NCBI GenBank assembly: GCA_965113315.1
Contig: OZ220368.1
Reading direction: 5' to 3' (one strand)
DNA from: Podarcis vaucheri
Lineage: Eukaryota
Length of the DNA stretch: 64,000 nucleotides
The position numbers and the translations under genes are program-made. This document shows, piece by piece, positions 1 to 13,752 of this stretch (position 1 is the stretch's first letter; each line of letters begins with the position of its first letter). The notes beneath the pieces are model-generated. The model was not told the DNA's origin and searched no databases. It saw nothing but the letters and a program-made list of their open reading frames with translations.

Positions 1-284
1 TTTCCCAGTTTGCATCTATACATATAAATCAGCAGCCTCAAATTTCATGCCGATCTGTGCACTCTTTTGTCCTCTCTTTTGCCAATGTGTAAGTGGCCAC
101 CCCACAGAGTGGGTGCGAATTGGAGCAGAGAAGCGGCTGAAGAGACAAGTGAACTTAACTCTTCCATTGTCTGCCACTTTCCCTCTGCAGTTCTTCCACC
201 CCCTGTCTCTTCTCTCCTGCCCTTCTTGGGGTTCTAGATGCATGTTTTCAATTTCCTGCTGGTGTGTTTGCACTGCACCAACCT

Positions 285-981
285 TTCTCTCTCTCTTAAT
301 ATATATAAATATATATATATATTAATTAAACTTTCTGTTTTACAATTTAGAATATTAAAATATCAAAAACTTCCCTTCTTCTCTTTCCACAGTTCATTTT
401 GCATAACAAATCCCTGCATATTTTATATAAACTAAACCTTCAGTATTCCATTATTAGTAAAGGTAAAGGTACCCCTGCCCGAACGGGCCAGTCTTGACAG
501 ACTCTGGGGTTTGTGCGCCCATCTCACATCTATTGGCCGGGGGCCAGCGCTGTCCGGGGACACTTCCGGGTCACGTGGCCAGCGTGACAACGCTGCTCTG
601 GTGAGCCAGAGCCACACACGGAACGCCGTTTACCTTCCCGCTGGTAAGCGGTACCTATTTATCTACTTGCCCCCGGGGGTGCTTTCGAACTGCTAGGTGG
701 GCAGGCGCTGGGACCGAGCAGCGGGAGCGCACCCCGCCGCGGGGATTCCATTATTACATCCATCCAAACTTATTAACACTGTTTAATTTATCTTAATGCT
801 GCCAACATTTTCAAGTGTGCGCAACCCCCCCCCCCAGTATATTCAATAAACATTTTCCAATCTTCTTTAAACGTGTGTTCTTCTTGTTCTCTTATTCTGT
901 CCGCAAGCTGTGGCTATTCCACCAGTTTAAGTTGCCATTCTTCTTTAGCTGGGTCCTCGCTCGTTTTACATTTTGGGTCTA
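285..981 (-). mobile_element. 5'-truncated L1-like LINE 3' end
   Basis: Minus strand reads EEWQLKL...RIREQEEHTFKEDWKMFIEY, similar to the L1 ORF2 tail at 56.6 kb. 15-bp TSD GCACTGCACCAACCT at 270-284 and 982-996. Confidence 0.75.
457..744 (-). mobile_element. Sauria SINE, 5'-truncated, nested in the L1
   Basis: (ACCTTT)n tail, TSD ATTCCATTATTA at 445-456 and 745-756, near-identical to the copy at 19397. Confidence 0.9.
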
Positions 982-1011
982 GCACTGCACCAACCTCTCT
1001 GCCACTTCTCT

Positions 1012-1222
1012 TTTTTTAAATAAGATATTTATTAAGATTTTTTTTTTAATGTAACAACAGAAAAAAAATAAACAAAAAAATAATAACAAAAATACAAAAT
1101 AAAAATAATTAAAAAACACACAGGTTTTCCATTACTTATTTTCCTTTAGCTTGTTTCCCGGACCTCCTCATACCTCCCTTTTTTGTATTCCACTTCCATC
1201 TGTTGGATCAGCAAATCCTTAC
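1012..1222 (-). mobile_element. Short L1-type 3' tail insertion
   Basis: Poly(T) on the + strand, 18-bp TSD CCTCTCTGCCACTTCTCT at 994-1011 and 1223-1240; resembles the 3' end of the 10.6-kb element. Confidence 0.7.
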
Positions 1223-1833
1223 CCTCTCTGCCACTTCTCTCCTCCCATCTCTCACTATAAGCTGCAGCAATGCAGGTGGTAAGAGGACAGGTAAGTGACC
1301 GCTACTGGCAACATGTCTGTGGCTGGCTGGAGGCAGGGGGTTGAACTGCAGGTGAGAAGGTACCTCCCTTCAGCTGCTACTTCACTGCACATTAATCTTT
1401 TTACCCTCAAAGAAGCAGCCAACCAAGTTTAATTTCAGGTGGTTGTGTGTAGCAAGCCATCCCATCCTCAGAGGGAACTTCATCTCAGATTGGCAACATT
1501 CCAGTGTTTATAGAGCCTGCTCCCAAGACCAGGGGTGGAGAGCCTCAGACACAGGGACCAAGTGCAGTGCTCTATGGCTCTCTCTTTGACCCTTGGGGCT
1601 CTCCCACCCAAAAAATCATGTCCCTCCCCAGGTCCTGACACTCACTGGCCCTGCTCCACACCCACCTCAAGTGCTTTTGCCAGCCGGAGTGTGTCGTTGG
1701 ACTATGATAATGCCTCTTGCTTGGATGGATGGATGGATGGATGGAGGATGGAGAGGCGAGCACATGTGTGTGGGAAAACCTCTGACTTTTGCATAGCTGA
1801 ATTGCAAAATTGTACAAAGGCAAGAGTCACATC

Positions 1834-2186
1834 GAGGGGACGCGGGTGGTGCTGTGGGTTAAACTACAGAGCCTAGGACTTGCTGATCAGAAGGTCGTGG
1901 TTTGAATCCCCGCAACAGGGTGAGCTCCCGTTGCTCAGTCCCAGCTCCTGCCAACCTAGCAGTTCAAAAGCATGTCAAAGTGCAAGTAGATAAATAGGTA
2001 CTGCTCCAGCGGGAAGGTAAATGGCATTTCCGTGCGCTGCTCTGGTTCGCCAGAAGTGGCTTAGTCATGCTGGCCACATGACCCAGAAGCTGTATGCCAG
2101 CTCCCTCGGTCAATAAAGCGAGATGAGCACCGCAACCCCAGAGTTGGCCACGAATGGACCTAATGGTCAGGGGTCCCTTTACCTTT
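1834..2186 (+). mobile_element. Sauria SINE, full length
   Basis: tRNA-derived head GGGACGCGGGTGG, ACCTTT tail, TSD AAGAGTCACATC. Confidence 0.92.
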
Positions 2187-5100
2187 AAGAGTCACATCAG
2201 CTACTCTGCCTGCTTTTGCCTCTGTCCCACCCACTTTTTCTAAGCACCATCCCACCCCCTCAGAAGATTGCCTACAAGGGAATGGTTCCCGACCCCTGCC
2301 TTAGACTGAGGAGACCCGGAATGCTGGGTCAGCCAGCTCTCTTGTTTGCCTTGCAGCTCTCTTGGCAGGTGCAGGCGAGGCCGTGGCATCATGGATCGTA
2401 TAAGTCAGCCACAGGCACTCGAATGGAATGCAGAGGGTGTAAGTCCTCATGTTCCAGGCAGTTTCACAGTTTATTTTACACCCTATTAGATTCCAGCTGG
2501 CGAGAGAGCTCCCTATAAATATACATAAAGAGGGCCCGTTTACATGACGGTTTATTTGGACGCAAATTCCACAACTGCCTGGCAGGCTGCCTCCTTGCAG
2601 TAGCTGAGAATCTGACACATGCACAGAGAAGGGGAAGCAGCGAGAGCAAGAGATTTTCCGTGTTGCTTCTCTGATCCCCATGAACACGCTGATCTCGGCT
2701 CTGGTCTGATCCGCGGCAGATGCTACTTTGTTTATCATTTGCCACCTTTGTATTCTAAACCAGCCTTCCTCCCTGGCTTTTCTGAAGAGAGGACAAGGAG
2801 CTTCAGCCAATCCTGGGTCCAGTTGGCTTCAATATGCAGAAAGCATGACCTTGCCCTTCACCCTCAGCCAGCAAAATGCCTTCTACCAACCCAGACCCAA
2901 CCCAGACAGCTCACTCCACAGCGGCAGCCACCATCTGCCTCCCTTAGAGCATTCTCCAGGTGGCAGCTGAAAAGAGCCAGTGTGGTGTAGTGGTTACAGT
3001 GCTGGTTAGAGTGGTTAGAGTCCAGGAAACCTGGGTTCAAATCCCTGATATGCAGTTCAGCAGGTGGCCTTCAGCCTGTCACTCTCTGCCCTAACCCATC
3101 TCACAGGGATGTTCTGTGGATAAAATGAGGGCCTTTGGAGGAAGGACAGAATTAAAATGTTGTTGTTGTTGTTGTTGTTGTTGTTAAGCCATTGAGAAAC
3201 TGATCTCAGGACTGATGACTCTCTGGAATCTCTGAGTCATGGCCAAATGCTGCAGAAACTCCCGACAAAAGCATGAGACAGAGAAAGTCTGCAGCAACAA
3301 TGAGAAATAATGTTTAAAAGCCCAGGATGTTATTGTTGTTGCTGTTGTGCTTTTTCAATAACTCAGAATCTGGATTCTTCTGGGCTCCAGCCATGCGTCT
3401 TCCGGCAGGCAAATCCTCCCGTTTGAGAGAATGCCCAATTTCCAAGTAATTGGCTCTCAGCCAGTTCTACAGAGATCTGATCTAAGCCATGCTTTTGTTT
3501 CTCGTTTTGTTATTCTTCCACATTATTATCATTCCCCAGAAGCTCCAGCTGAGATAAGGACCATCTAGGACAAGGGGCCGCTCAGCTCACACTGTGAAGG
3601 GCAGCCCTTGCCTCAAAGGCGCACGTCACAAGTAACCAGGGTGACAAGAAGAGGATTATCATCTCATGCGCAAGGAGAGAACCCGGAGCGCAGGAAACAG
3701 GAGAGGTGATGTTTTTGTTTATTTCATCCAAGCTCACAAAATCCCAGCCCAAAGATGTCACAGATCCCAACTTCAGGGTCAAAAAACTCTCTAATCACTA
3801 CCCTTCTTCACCCACCCTTCACTCAGGATTTTCCTTCCTTCGCCTAAGTGAAGTGGGACTGCCATCAAGAAAATTTACTGGAAGCCAGCAAAAACATTGC
3901 TTGAAATGACTGTCGTGAAGCCTGTAAATAGAATCGATTGCCAGTAAAACACTCTCATTTCGAACACACTCAGTTAAGTGTCATCGAAAGAGAAGTTTAG
4001 AAGCAAACTGTACTTCCATTTTAAAAAATAAATAAATCTCCGCCCACCAGAAAATAGACATTTCTACCTGCTAACAATAATTTGATGATCACATAGAAAG
4101 TGGCTGTTTCAGTACATATCTTGTTTATGGTCTGTGTAAATGCTCAAAGTTCATACCTTTTATAAAAATTCTGCAAATATATTTATCTGCAATAGCCAAA
4201 TCCAATAAAGTTAAGTGGCACAACAGTCCTGTTCGTATATATCCTCCAAAACACACTTTCTATTCAATGGGGCTTATTTCCTGATAGTTGTGTATAGGAG
4301 GATGGTATCCTAAAACTGCAGTCCTGTGCATACTTTGTCTTATTAAACTCAGTGAGTCTTAGTTCCAAATAAACATGCAAAGGATTGAGTTGCACTTAAA
4401 CAAAAAATATTTTCTCTAGAAAGAGTGGCACCAAGAAAATGTGAAAAAGCTGCAATCCTGAACATTGAAAAAATGCCATTTCCATCCTAGGAAATAGATG
4501 TAACACTGGGCTGCTTCAATTTTATTGTCCCATGAAATCTAATCTCACAGCATCACAAGTAACATTTCTGCGGCCTAATTAATTTTCACTGAAGTATGCA
4601 ACAGCAAAATTAATAGTAAACATATTAGCAGTAAGGTTCTCACTTGATTAGGCAGCAATCCCATAGTCTCCTACTTGGCATACCCTACAACATTTCTCTA
4701 TTGATGATAAGGACATCCCATTCCATAATGATAATTTTACTATTTATACCCCACACATCTTGCTCCATTGCCCCAGCCACTCTGGGCAGCTTCCAACATA
4801 TATAAAAACATAATAAAATATTAAACATTTTAAAAAACCTTCCCCATACAGGATTGCCTTCAGTCGGCTTAGGGGTCAGATAACACCATACCCTCCAACA
4901 TTTCTCCAGTGAAAATAGGGACATTCCAGGATCAAATCAGAAACTGGGGCAGCTTCTCTATATTAGGGACGTCCCTGGAAGATAGGGACACTTGGAGGGT
5001 CCTAGAGCAAGTCTTATTGTACACTTTGGGACTTCAGGACAGACATGATTAGGGTTGTACCATTAACTGACCAATCAAATGAGTTTGTGGCTGCCACCCC

Positions 5101-5955
5101 ATGACCCCTGCACTCCAACCTCAGAGAGGGAGATCCAATGCTGTATAGGCCTCAATTGCCATGGCAACATCACAGGAGAGGTGGGCCTCCAGATGTTGCT
5201 TGACTATAATTTCAACCCTGAGGTCCATTGGCCAGGTGGCTCATGGGAGTTAGTCTACCAACAACTAGAAGGACACCAGTTCCTTATCCCTGATTTAGAT
5301 GATGGCACGTACATGTCATCGTAAGGACCCTTCTCAAAGTAGCATTTCCTCCCATGTGAGACAGAAAAGGGAAAAAGGGAAAAAGAACTATAGTCCAGTA
5401 TTTAATTATAAGTACAGCGATGACTATCCAGGGTTTTCATTATGTAATGAAGAAGCCATCCAGTATTATAACATGAAATATGTTTCTCAAGTCCAGTAGG
5501 AGAATGACCCACTGATCCATTTTTTATTGATGGAGATTCAATCAGTAAGTTTATTGTGGTAACTAAAGGCCATGGCAATTACATTCTTACATGCCAAAAT
5601 ACAGAGTAATAACAATAATATACGAGAATGAAAAAGCAGAAGTACCATCAGCTAACTCAACTTCAGATTAAATCTCTGAGTCTCCAAAACAATTTGTAGT
5701 GATATGATCTGACTTGCCCTTTCTAATCTTTTTTTGCAGCCAGTGCAAAAAGAGCCACTTGGTGTGTCACAAAGCCGTTAGTGTCACTCCAAAGGAACTG
5801 AACCGTTTCTACCAGGGCATTCCTGCTTCCCTATGTCAATGAGGGGTTCAGAAATCTCTCGCTGGGATCTTTGTATAAAGGGCAGATTAACAGATAGGGT
5901 GAATCATGGAGATTCTGTTACATGTACAAGGGACTGGACAACCAAACAGTTGGCT

Positions 5956-6120
5956 NNNNNNNNNNNNNNNNNNNNNNNNNNNNNNNNNNNNNNNNNNNNN
6001 NNNNNNNNNNNNNNNNNNNNNNNNNNNNNNNNNNNNNNNNNNNNNNNNNNNNNNNNNNNNNNNNNNNNNNNNNNNNNNNNNNNNNNNNNNNNNNNNNNNN
6101 NNNNNNNNNNNNNNNNNNNN
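5956..6120. other. Assembly gap (N run)
   Basis: 165 N. Confidence 1.
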
Positions 6121-7530
6121 AACATATTTTGCAAGATACAACAACCTTGTATAGTCTCCTTAATCCATGCAGTTTTCATAAGGTATATTCTCCAAAAACA
6201 GCCAACTCTCAAGGTTGCTTCATTGCAATCACTGTGCAAGAGGCATCCTTGAGAGCTCCTTTTACAGACCAAAAAATTGTATTTGCAGGCGCTTGTATTT
6301 TAATATTACAATAAAAATAATAATTTTAAAAAGCTGCTGCCTGCTTAATCAGTGGCTGCATTACTAATTGGTAAATATAACCATAAAACACTACTATGTT
6401 GTAATCCTATGTACACATCTTTGGGAGTAACCTTATTGAACTAGATGGGTCTTATTAATGAGTAAACATGCCTAGGGGTGTAAGTAAATGCTGCAACCCT
6501 AATTAGTGCCAGTGAAAATGTCATGGAAGGCAAGTGATTTTACCCGTTTTGGCTTTCATGTCCCCTTTTTGCCCTGAGTTTCTCCCAATTTTCTTCCCTG
6601 TAGCACAGCTCATGGGACACATAGGCTGGGAGCGGTGGGGGGCAGGGTGAGATGTGGGGCTGCCTGGCCCTTTTGTCTCTCCTGGAAGGTCCAGGGATGC
6701 TGTGCTTCTTTCACCCTGGAGCCACCGATGTGCGGCTATGCTCCCGCCTCAGTTGATTTTAATGTGCCCTGATAGGAATGGTTGAATCCTTCTCATGTTT
6801 CTATCATGATTATTAGCTGAGTCACAGCTGGGGTGCTGCTAATTAAATGTATTTCTTAATTAACAAGATCACAGAGAAAGCACGCCAGCCGGGTTTGGTT
6901 TTCAATCACTGTTGACAAAGGCAGCTGCTGCCAGGCTTGGGCTGGGGGCAGGAAGGGGAGGGAGGGAGCGAGGGACTGCCCATTGGCAGTGCGCCGCTGC
7001 CGCCAACCCAGAACCAGCAAGGAGAACCAGTTCGTTGCCAATGGGCATGATCAGAGATTCAAGGGGATCCCTGGAGAGTTCAGTACGTTCTGCATCAGCA
7101 GCCGTGCCACTGCTTCGACTTGTGCCCAGCTCACAGCGCAGCATCGGCCAGACCACTCCTGGCAGCCTTAGTCAATGCAGCATTGCCAATCTGGGTGGAA
7201 TTAATTGCATGCTGGATGTGTGCTTGTGGCGCCCCCAGCAAGGTGACTTCTGGCTGGATCCACTCAACTTACACCCTTCTCTTGCCATGCAAATAGGACT
7301 GTCCCTAATATGGGGTGTGGGCAAACAGCAGGTTGCTTGCACAAATGAGGGGCTGCTGCAGGAATTGGACACTGGCAGCAGCAATGATAGGATGACAGGA
7401 GCCCACTATGTTACTCAGCAAATTGGATTTTCTTAGGATTCAACCATCTTCACACCAGGGTGTTGTTAGATTGCAACTCTCAACATGGCCTGCTGTTATG
7501 ATCTTTTGCAGAATGTTCCATATGCAGCAT

Positions 7531-7597
7531 GTGTCTCTGGGGAAAGATATTATTGAAAGGGGGGGTGTCTCTGGGGAAAGATATTATTGAAAGGGGG
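7531..7597. repeat. Tandem duplication of a ~34-bp unit
   Basis: GTGTCTCTGGGGAAAGATATTATTGAAAGGGGGG occurs twice. Confidence 0.9.
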
Positions 7598-10571
7598 GTG
7601 GTTGGATGACCAATCTCAGTGATCAAGGGGATGGGTAGGCATTATAGATGGAGACATTAAAGGGGTGATGATAGGTGCTTGCATGCACCTGATATCCCAT
7701 GCCCCATCGAGCTTCCTCCTATTCAGAGCACCAGTGGAGGCTCTCCCACTGCCCCCAACAGTCTGGAAGTTCTGCTTCTGGTCTATTCACAATAATAAAA
7801 GCATGTTAATTCACGATTTGACTGTGGATGAGCAGGCTGACCAGGTGTGCATCACCAAGACCTGGGTGAGGGAGCAGGGTGGGTCAGTTCAGTCCAATTA
7901 ATTGGTCCAATTATTTCAAATATAAGAAAAGCAGGGATTAAAGCAGCAGATAAACTGTCGAATAAGCCAGCTGTCACAGGAATGAAATCACAATTACAGT
8001 TGTTAAAAAGCCTGGGCCAACAGAAAGGCTTTCATCTGGTGCCTGACGCTTATCAAGGAGGGTGCCAGGCAAGCCTTTCTAGGGAAGGTGTTCACTAGCT
8101 GCGGCACCACTCCCAAGAAGGCCTTGTCACTGGTACAATCTGCCTTGCCTTAGAAGAACCTTTTCCAATTTGCCAGCTATGCTGGCTGAGGCTGATGTGA
8201 GTTGTAGTCCGAAGCATCTGGAGGCCACCAGGTTAGCGAAGGCTGCCTTAGAAGGTGGTGGTCTTCAGGTGAAGGTCTTAGCTACTTGGAGCAGGCTGCC
8301 CTTCAGATACCTGGTCCTAAGCTGGATGCAAATCACCCTCAAAAATTACCCATTCACATTCTCCTTTGCTTGCTGCGATAACACCCCCAACCCCTCCCCT
8401 GCCCAGTCTCTGCTTCCAAGCTCAGCTGCAGGAATGGAGCCAAGGGGGAGGATGGAGAGGACCAGCTGTGGCACCAGACTACCCTGAGGGGGACTTCCCC
8501 ATGGCAGATTTCTGCCTCTCCTCCTCAGTGCTGAAGAGTGACGAGGTGATGCAAGCAGACTTCCCTCCTCCACCCGTCTTCATTGTGCAAGAGGAGGAAA
8601 CTGTGGCCACAGCCGTGTGGGCTCTCCCTGTCAATGCTGTGATACATGGCAGCATCAGGCGCTATTTCCCTGCGTTAGCCCTATGACAACAGCAGAGCCG
8701 ATGGCGAGGGAAGGACCAGCTCTTATGGGAGGGGTTGGGGTTTTGTTTTCCATGCATCCTCCCTCTACCACCTCCAATATTAATACCAGAGTAAGTGGCG
8801 ATGCCTGGCAATGGCAGAGGGCCTGGGGCTGTTGCTGTAATATTCATGTTGCCTGCAGACTAACCCTTCCCATCTGTGGATGTGATGGAAGAGATTAGGG
8901 CCCTCCCACAGTTTAGTGGGCATTTCCTCTTGCCTGATTGCCTCAGTGGGAGATGCCTGTCATTTTTACAGGCACAGCTGCCACAACAGAGTGGGACTAG
9001 CCAGTTTTGGCCTTCTGAAAGACAGAAAGAGAGAGACGGTTGCTTCTCATTTGATTCTGCTCCTTCCCTGGCTGCAGCAAGAAGGATTCCGGAGTATCTT
9101 CTGCATCACAGCCCCCACCCACGCATTCACTCCCCGCCTTTGGTTTCCCTCACCTCCCTGCTCATCAGTATTTGAAGCTTTAAGTAGGTGCCTGCCCTGG
9201 CAGCTTCCAAGCCCCCTTCAAGGAAAATAAAAAAACCCACCCACGCAGCAGCACGAAATCACTGCTCATGTAGTCGTGGGCCGGTTGCTCACTGCCAGCA
9301 CCTGCTGTTGGCCAAACCTGGAGGAGGGATGCTGAGAAGCCTTCTGGAAACAAGCCTATTCCAAGCCCTGGGGATTCCCTTAATGGCCAATCATAATGAT
9401 AGCTGCAGGCAGGAGGGGTTTCTGGGCCAGGGCACCACTGCAGCAGTAGCACTCTGCCCCTCTGCCTGAAGAATCAGAGCAGCACTCTGATTAGCTGCAG
9501 TGTGACTGTTGCGATCGCATGCTCTGAGACACAGTCGGGGTGCGTGTGTGCCACTGTCTGCCTTCCCCTCTTACTGAACCTTCAAGGGCATCCCTTGATC
9601 CTGGGGTTGTGATCCTTCCCCAGCTGTTACAATACACATTTAGTAGAATGGGGATGGTGGAATTCTGAAGGCAGCAATACCGTCGTCTGCACACTGCATG
9701 GCAGCAGGTGAGGGCATACAATTGTTTAATGTTTCCCTAGGAAAAAAATCAGTATAATTTTTTTTAACACACACACATACAAACAAACAAACAAACCCAC
9801 CAGCCTATTAAAGGGAAAGCTTTCTGCTCAGCTCCCTCCCTCTTGTGCTCTTTGTCTATTTGCAAGGTCTTTTGTTCTTACCTTAAGGAACATTCATCAA
9901 TGGGATTCCACATCTGTTGTCTGAAGTGGTACCCTCTTTTCTACCACCAGCAGCTTTCCCCTTGAGTAGTTTCAAAGGCTCATTTGCCCCTTATGAAAAG
10001 TAATATGGCCATCCCTATGCAACATTTTATTCTGATGCCTTGCACCCCTTTGGCTGCAGGATAGGCCTGCAGGCAAGGGGCAGGAATCCCCATTAGGAAT
10101 GCTCCTTACTTCCTCTAAGGGTCCTTCCAGACTGCAGAGGCACCAGCTTGTGAGAGGGATGGGGAGAGGCAACATTGCACGCATGACATCAGGACATTGG
10201 GAAGAACAGGGGGTGGAGCTGAACATAGTGGCTGCATGGCTTCAATGGCCAATGGCTCCTCCGCCACCTGCTCCTGGCACCACCACCAGCCGGAGTCAGC
10301 CACTGAAGCTGCACCATGCTCAGCTCCACACTTTTCAGACATTGGGGGGGGGGCTGGCCCACAACATTTGAGGGGCCCAGAAGGGCTCAGTCCCCAGGAC
10401 TGGGTGTTGATTTGTTGCAAAATCTCGTTTATACAGTAGTGCATTACTGGTGAATTTCTACCAGACTGTCCGCACATCATTTTGTTTCATTCATTTTCCT
10501 GCAGGGCTTCCCTGTTGCTATTAAAGGGGCACACCAGCACTCTAATAGCAGCAGAAGAAGGACAAATTTTT

Positions 10572-10813
10572 TTTTTTTTTTTATAAAATTTTTATTGGGT
10601 TTTCACATTTTATATAGACAAAGACAAAAACAAAAACACAAAAAACATAAAAACAAACAAACAAAAAAATAAAACAACAAACATATATAGTTTCCAGAAA
10701 AAACTTATTTTCTAACCCTGGTCATTGACTTCCCCCCCACCCCCTCCCTTACATCCCTATTCCCAAATTTGTATCAGCAAATTGGTATTTCCTTATCCAT
10801 CTTAATATTAGTC

Positions 10814-10866
<53 letters not shown>

Positions 10867-12468
10867 CAAAATTAAATTTATTCTAAGTTGGACCTCAATT
10901 CCCTTCCAACGATTTCCCATTTTGTCTTAAATAATAATCTTGTTAGCTAAATCCCATAGTCTTAAGTGTTGTTAAAACTAGATTCTTCCCTCCCTCCCTT
11001 CCCCGGTTTGTGTCCCTTCCGAAAACATGTCCAAAATAACAATTATTAGCCCGGATTCCTTACGTCCGAGGCTCTCAAATCTCTTTCAGTCCCTCTCCGC
11101 CGGCCTAGTTGGCAATCCTTTATGTCGGTCTTCACGTCTCGAAAGAGTTCTTTCACAATCAGTCCAAAATCTCTTCCCATATTTGCAAGCAACTGCTGAG
11201 GAATTTCCACAAGGCATGAATTTTGAACATAATCAAAGTCAGAGTCTATGTGGAGGCCCCAATTATATTTCTTTATTTTAAATTCCTTGATTTCATAAAT
11301 TCCCAGGGCCTCCACTTTCATCTTCTGGATCTTTCGTAGATTTGTAGTAGGTTCAGTCCAATAGTCTCCTTGTTTATATTCCACAGATGTCAGCTTCTGG
11401 ACAATATTTTCCCATTTCAGTTCTTCTCTTTCTTGTTTTGTCTTCTCCTCTTCTTTGGTTATCATTTCCGGCTCAGCTGTGGATTCTTTCTCAGCCAGGT
11501 TCTCATTACATTGAACAGAACTACTTGTTTCAGGATTCAAGGTCATCAATTGTTCACTCATAGCCGTAGTCTGTTCCTGTAAGATTCCAACCAAATAAAA
11601 CATCCTTTCGATTTCTCCCAGTATCTTTCCATCCACAGCCATTGTAATTCCACAGATTTCCCCCTAGAGGGAATCTGGTTACTTAGTGTTCTTTTCTCCA
11701 ACAGTCCTCTGTCTTATTATTGATTCTTTGTTTCCAACAATTTTAGTTCAATTGTAACTCCTTTTAATCCAGAGGGGTCTTAAGTAGCAATTTTTCTACT
11801 ATTAACAGTCCATTTGACAGCTTTGACAGCTGTCAAACTCTGCTCTTCTTATACCAGCTCCAAAGTAGGACACTCCCGAGCCCGGGAGGGGGGGTTGCTT
11901 ACAACAGAAATATACCCCTTCCAACACTCCTCTCTCCTGCTCAAAAAGAGATTCCTTTTCGAAATCTTGGAAGTTACTGTCTTTTTAAACTCACCCTTTA
12001 CAGGGTAGGCACTCCAGCTTAGTTCTTTTATCGTTGCTCTGGATCGTCTGCAAGGGGGGGGTGCGGACTTCCTTTTAACACATCCCCCGATCGTCTCAAA
12101 TTCAATAGGTGAAATTCTTAGAATCCAAATTCAATTAACTCACGGGTTCTTTTTCTCAGCCGAATTTCAAGGAAGGAAGTCAGCGCTCTCCGGTCATGGC
12201 TCGCGGCTTCGCTCAGCAGAGGTAGCGATGGACTCTCGGTGCCACGCCACCCCCCGTATCCCCTCCGCAGCCTTTAAAAAGGCTCTTTGCGAATCAGGGG
12301 GGGCGCTTAAGGCACCCACCGAGTCTTCAGTCCGCAGGCTTTCGTGCCTGCGGTTTTAAGGGTCCCCGTGTCGCCGGCACGGCAAAGACCCGTCCCCCGC
12401 TGAGCCGATTCCCTCCGGAGCTCGGAGGGAATCCGCCATTCCCAGATCGCGCCAACCCCGGAAGTCCC
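10572..12468 (-). mobile_element. Non-autonomous L1-derived element carrying one ORF1-like ORF (HAL1-like)
   Basis: 17-bp TSD AAGAAGGACAAATTTTT at 10555-10571 and 12469-12485, GC/CpG-rich 5' end GGGACTTCCGG, 198-aa E/K-rich ORF at 11046-11642, polyA tail, no RT. Confidence 0.75.
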
Positions 12469-13752
12469 AAGAAGGACAAATTTTTAAAGCAAAATAAACT
12501 GGAATGTTTGTGATACAAAAACATGCAGGGTTTTAGTAGGAAGTTACAGGTCATACACAGATTAGAAACAAAGCAGTATGCCCACCCTGAAACTTCTGCA
12601 GTGCAAGTAATATTGAAAGAAGCAGGATCATGTCCAATCACCCCAATACCCTCATGAGCACAAATAATCATGAATGCACAATAAACAGTACATCTGGAGG
12701 GGCCCTAATACCAAGTTTGCGGAAGGAAACTGTCAAGCAGAGCAAGCCTGTGACCCTTCAAACTTTGCATCTGAGGCTAAGGACTCCATAAGCAGAAACT
12801 CCTGGACCTGAATTCTGTGGGCTGATCTATTTCCGAGCAGCCAGCCTCTTCAGCTTCTGTTCCCTGACTAATAAGGCTGACGATGAGCTTGCCTGGCTCT
12901 TTCATCTGGCTGGGAAGAACCACAGCAGCAGGCACGATTTCTTTCCTATGTGTGTAATGTTTTCCTTTTGCTATTGCTCATTCCTCCCCGCTCTTCCCAT
13001 CCAGCCCGCTCCCTGCTCTTTCTCCTCCCACTCTGTTCTCCCTGGCAAGTGTTGCTAATGCGAAGGGCCGAGAGCAGGAGGCCAGGATCTCTCCCCAGAC
13101 TTGGCAGTCAAATCATGACCTACCTGAAGAGTGGCAGGAGTGAGTCACGTTCTAAACCACAGCAGTGACTCACACTTCAGGCTCTCTGAGACCAAAAGCA
13201 CATTTCAGAGATTCCTGGATGAAAGTAAACACACACACACATTCTCCCCCTAGTGCTACTGGAAATCACAATTGTGCTGCCTTCTCATTGGGCTGAGAAA
13301 GCCGGCAGATGAATGTTCCTTCCCATCTTAAGTCTGTGACCACTCCCTGTTTCCCCAATGCTCTGTTTATCTTCTAGTCTAAAAAGTTTGGGAGAACTCA
13401 AAAGCTTTCATTTGTTTTTGAAATGTTGGCATGACCTTAATCAAGGTTCTGCCCATATATGGATTTTGGAATTTTCTTACCCATCAACACAATTACTTTG
13501 TTTTCTATATAGATATCTCATCCTCATAGTGTGGAACACGAAGGTCAAATTTTTTTTTTACACAGAGTTTCCTTTATCCTGTGCAGAGGAGGTTAACGGC
13601 TTCTCTGGGAGTAGCTCTCATCAAAGAGGGATGCAGATGGCCCCAAAATGCTCCCAGTATCTGTAGGGTGTGGCTGCTGTGTGCGCATGGCCTCACAACT
13701 CAGCCCACAGAAGCCTCAGCCACATGTGCATCAGGGCTTGGTTTGAGCCAGG

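Noticed and set aside
2301-2990. 169-aa and 123-aa ORFs in non-repetitive-looking DNA
   Set aside because: No recognisable domain or splice structure. It may be conserved non-coding DNA, but that cannot be supported without an alignment.
5833-6314. ORFs spanning the N run (also at 63437-63947)
   Set aside because: Artefacts of translating through assembly gaps; the flanks look like decayed LINE sequence.
6912-7436. 174-aa ORF
   Set aside because: Non-ATG start, no homology recognised, and no supporting exon chain.
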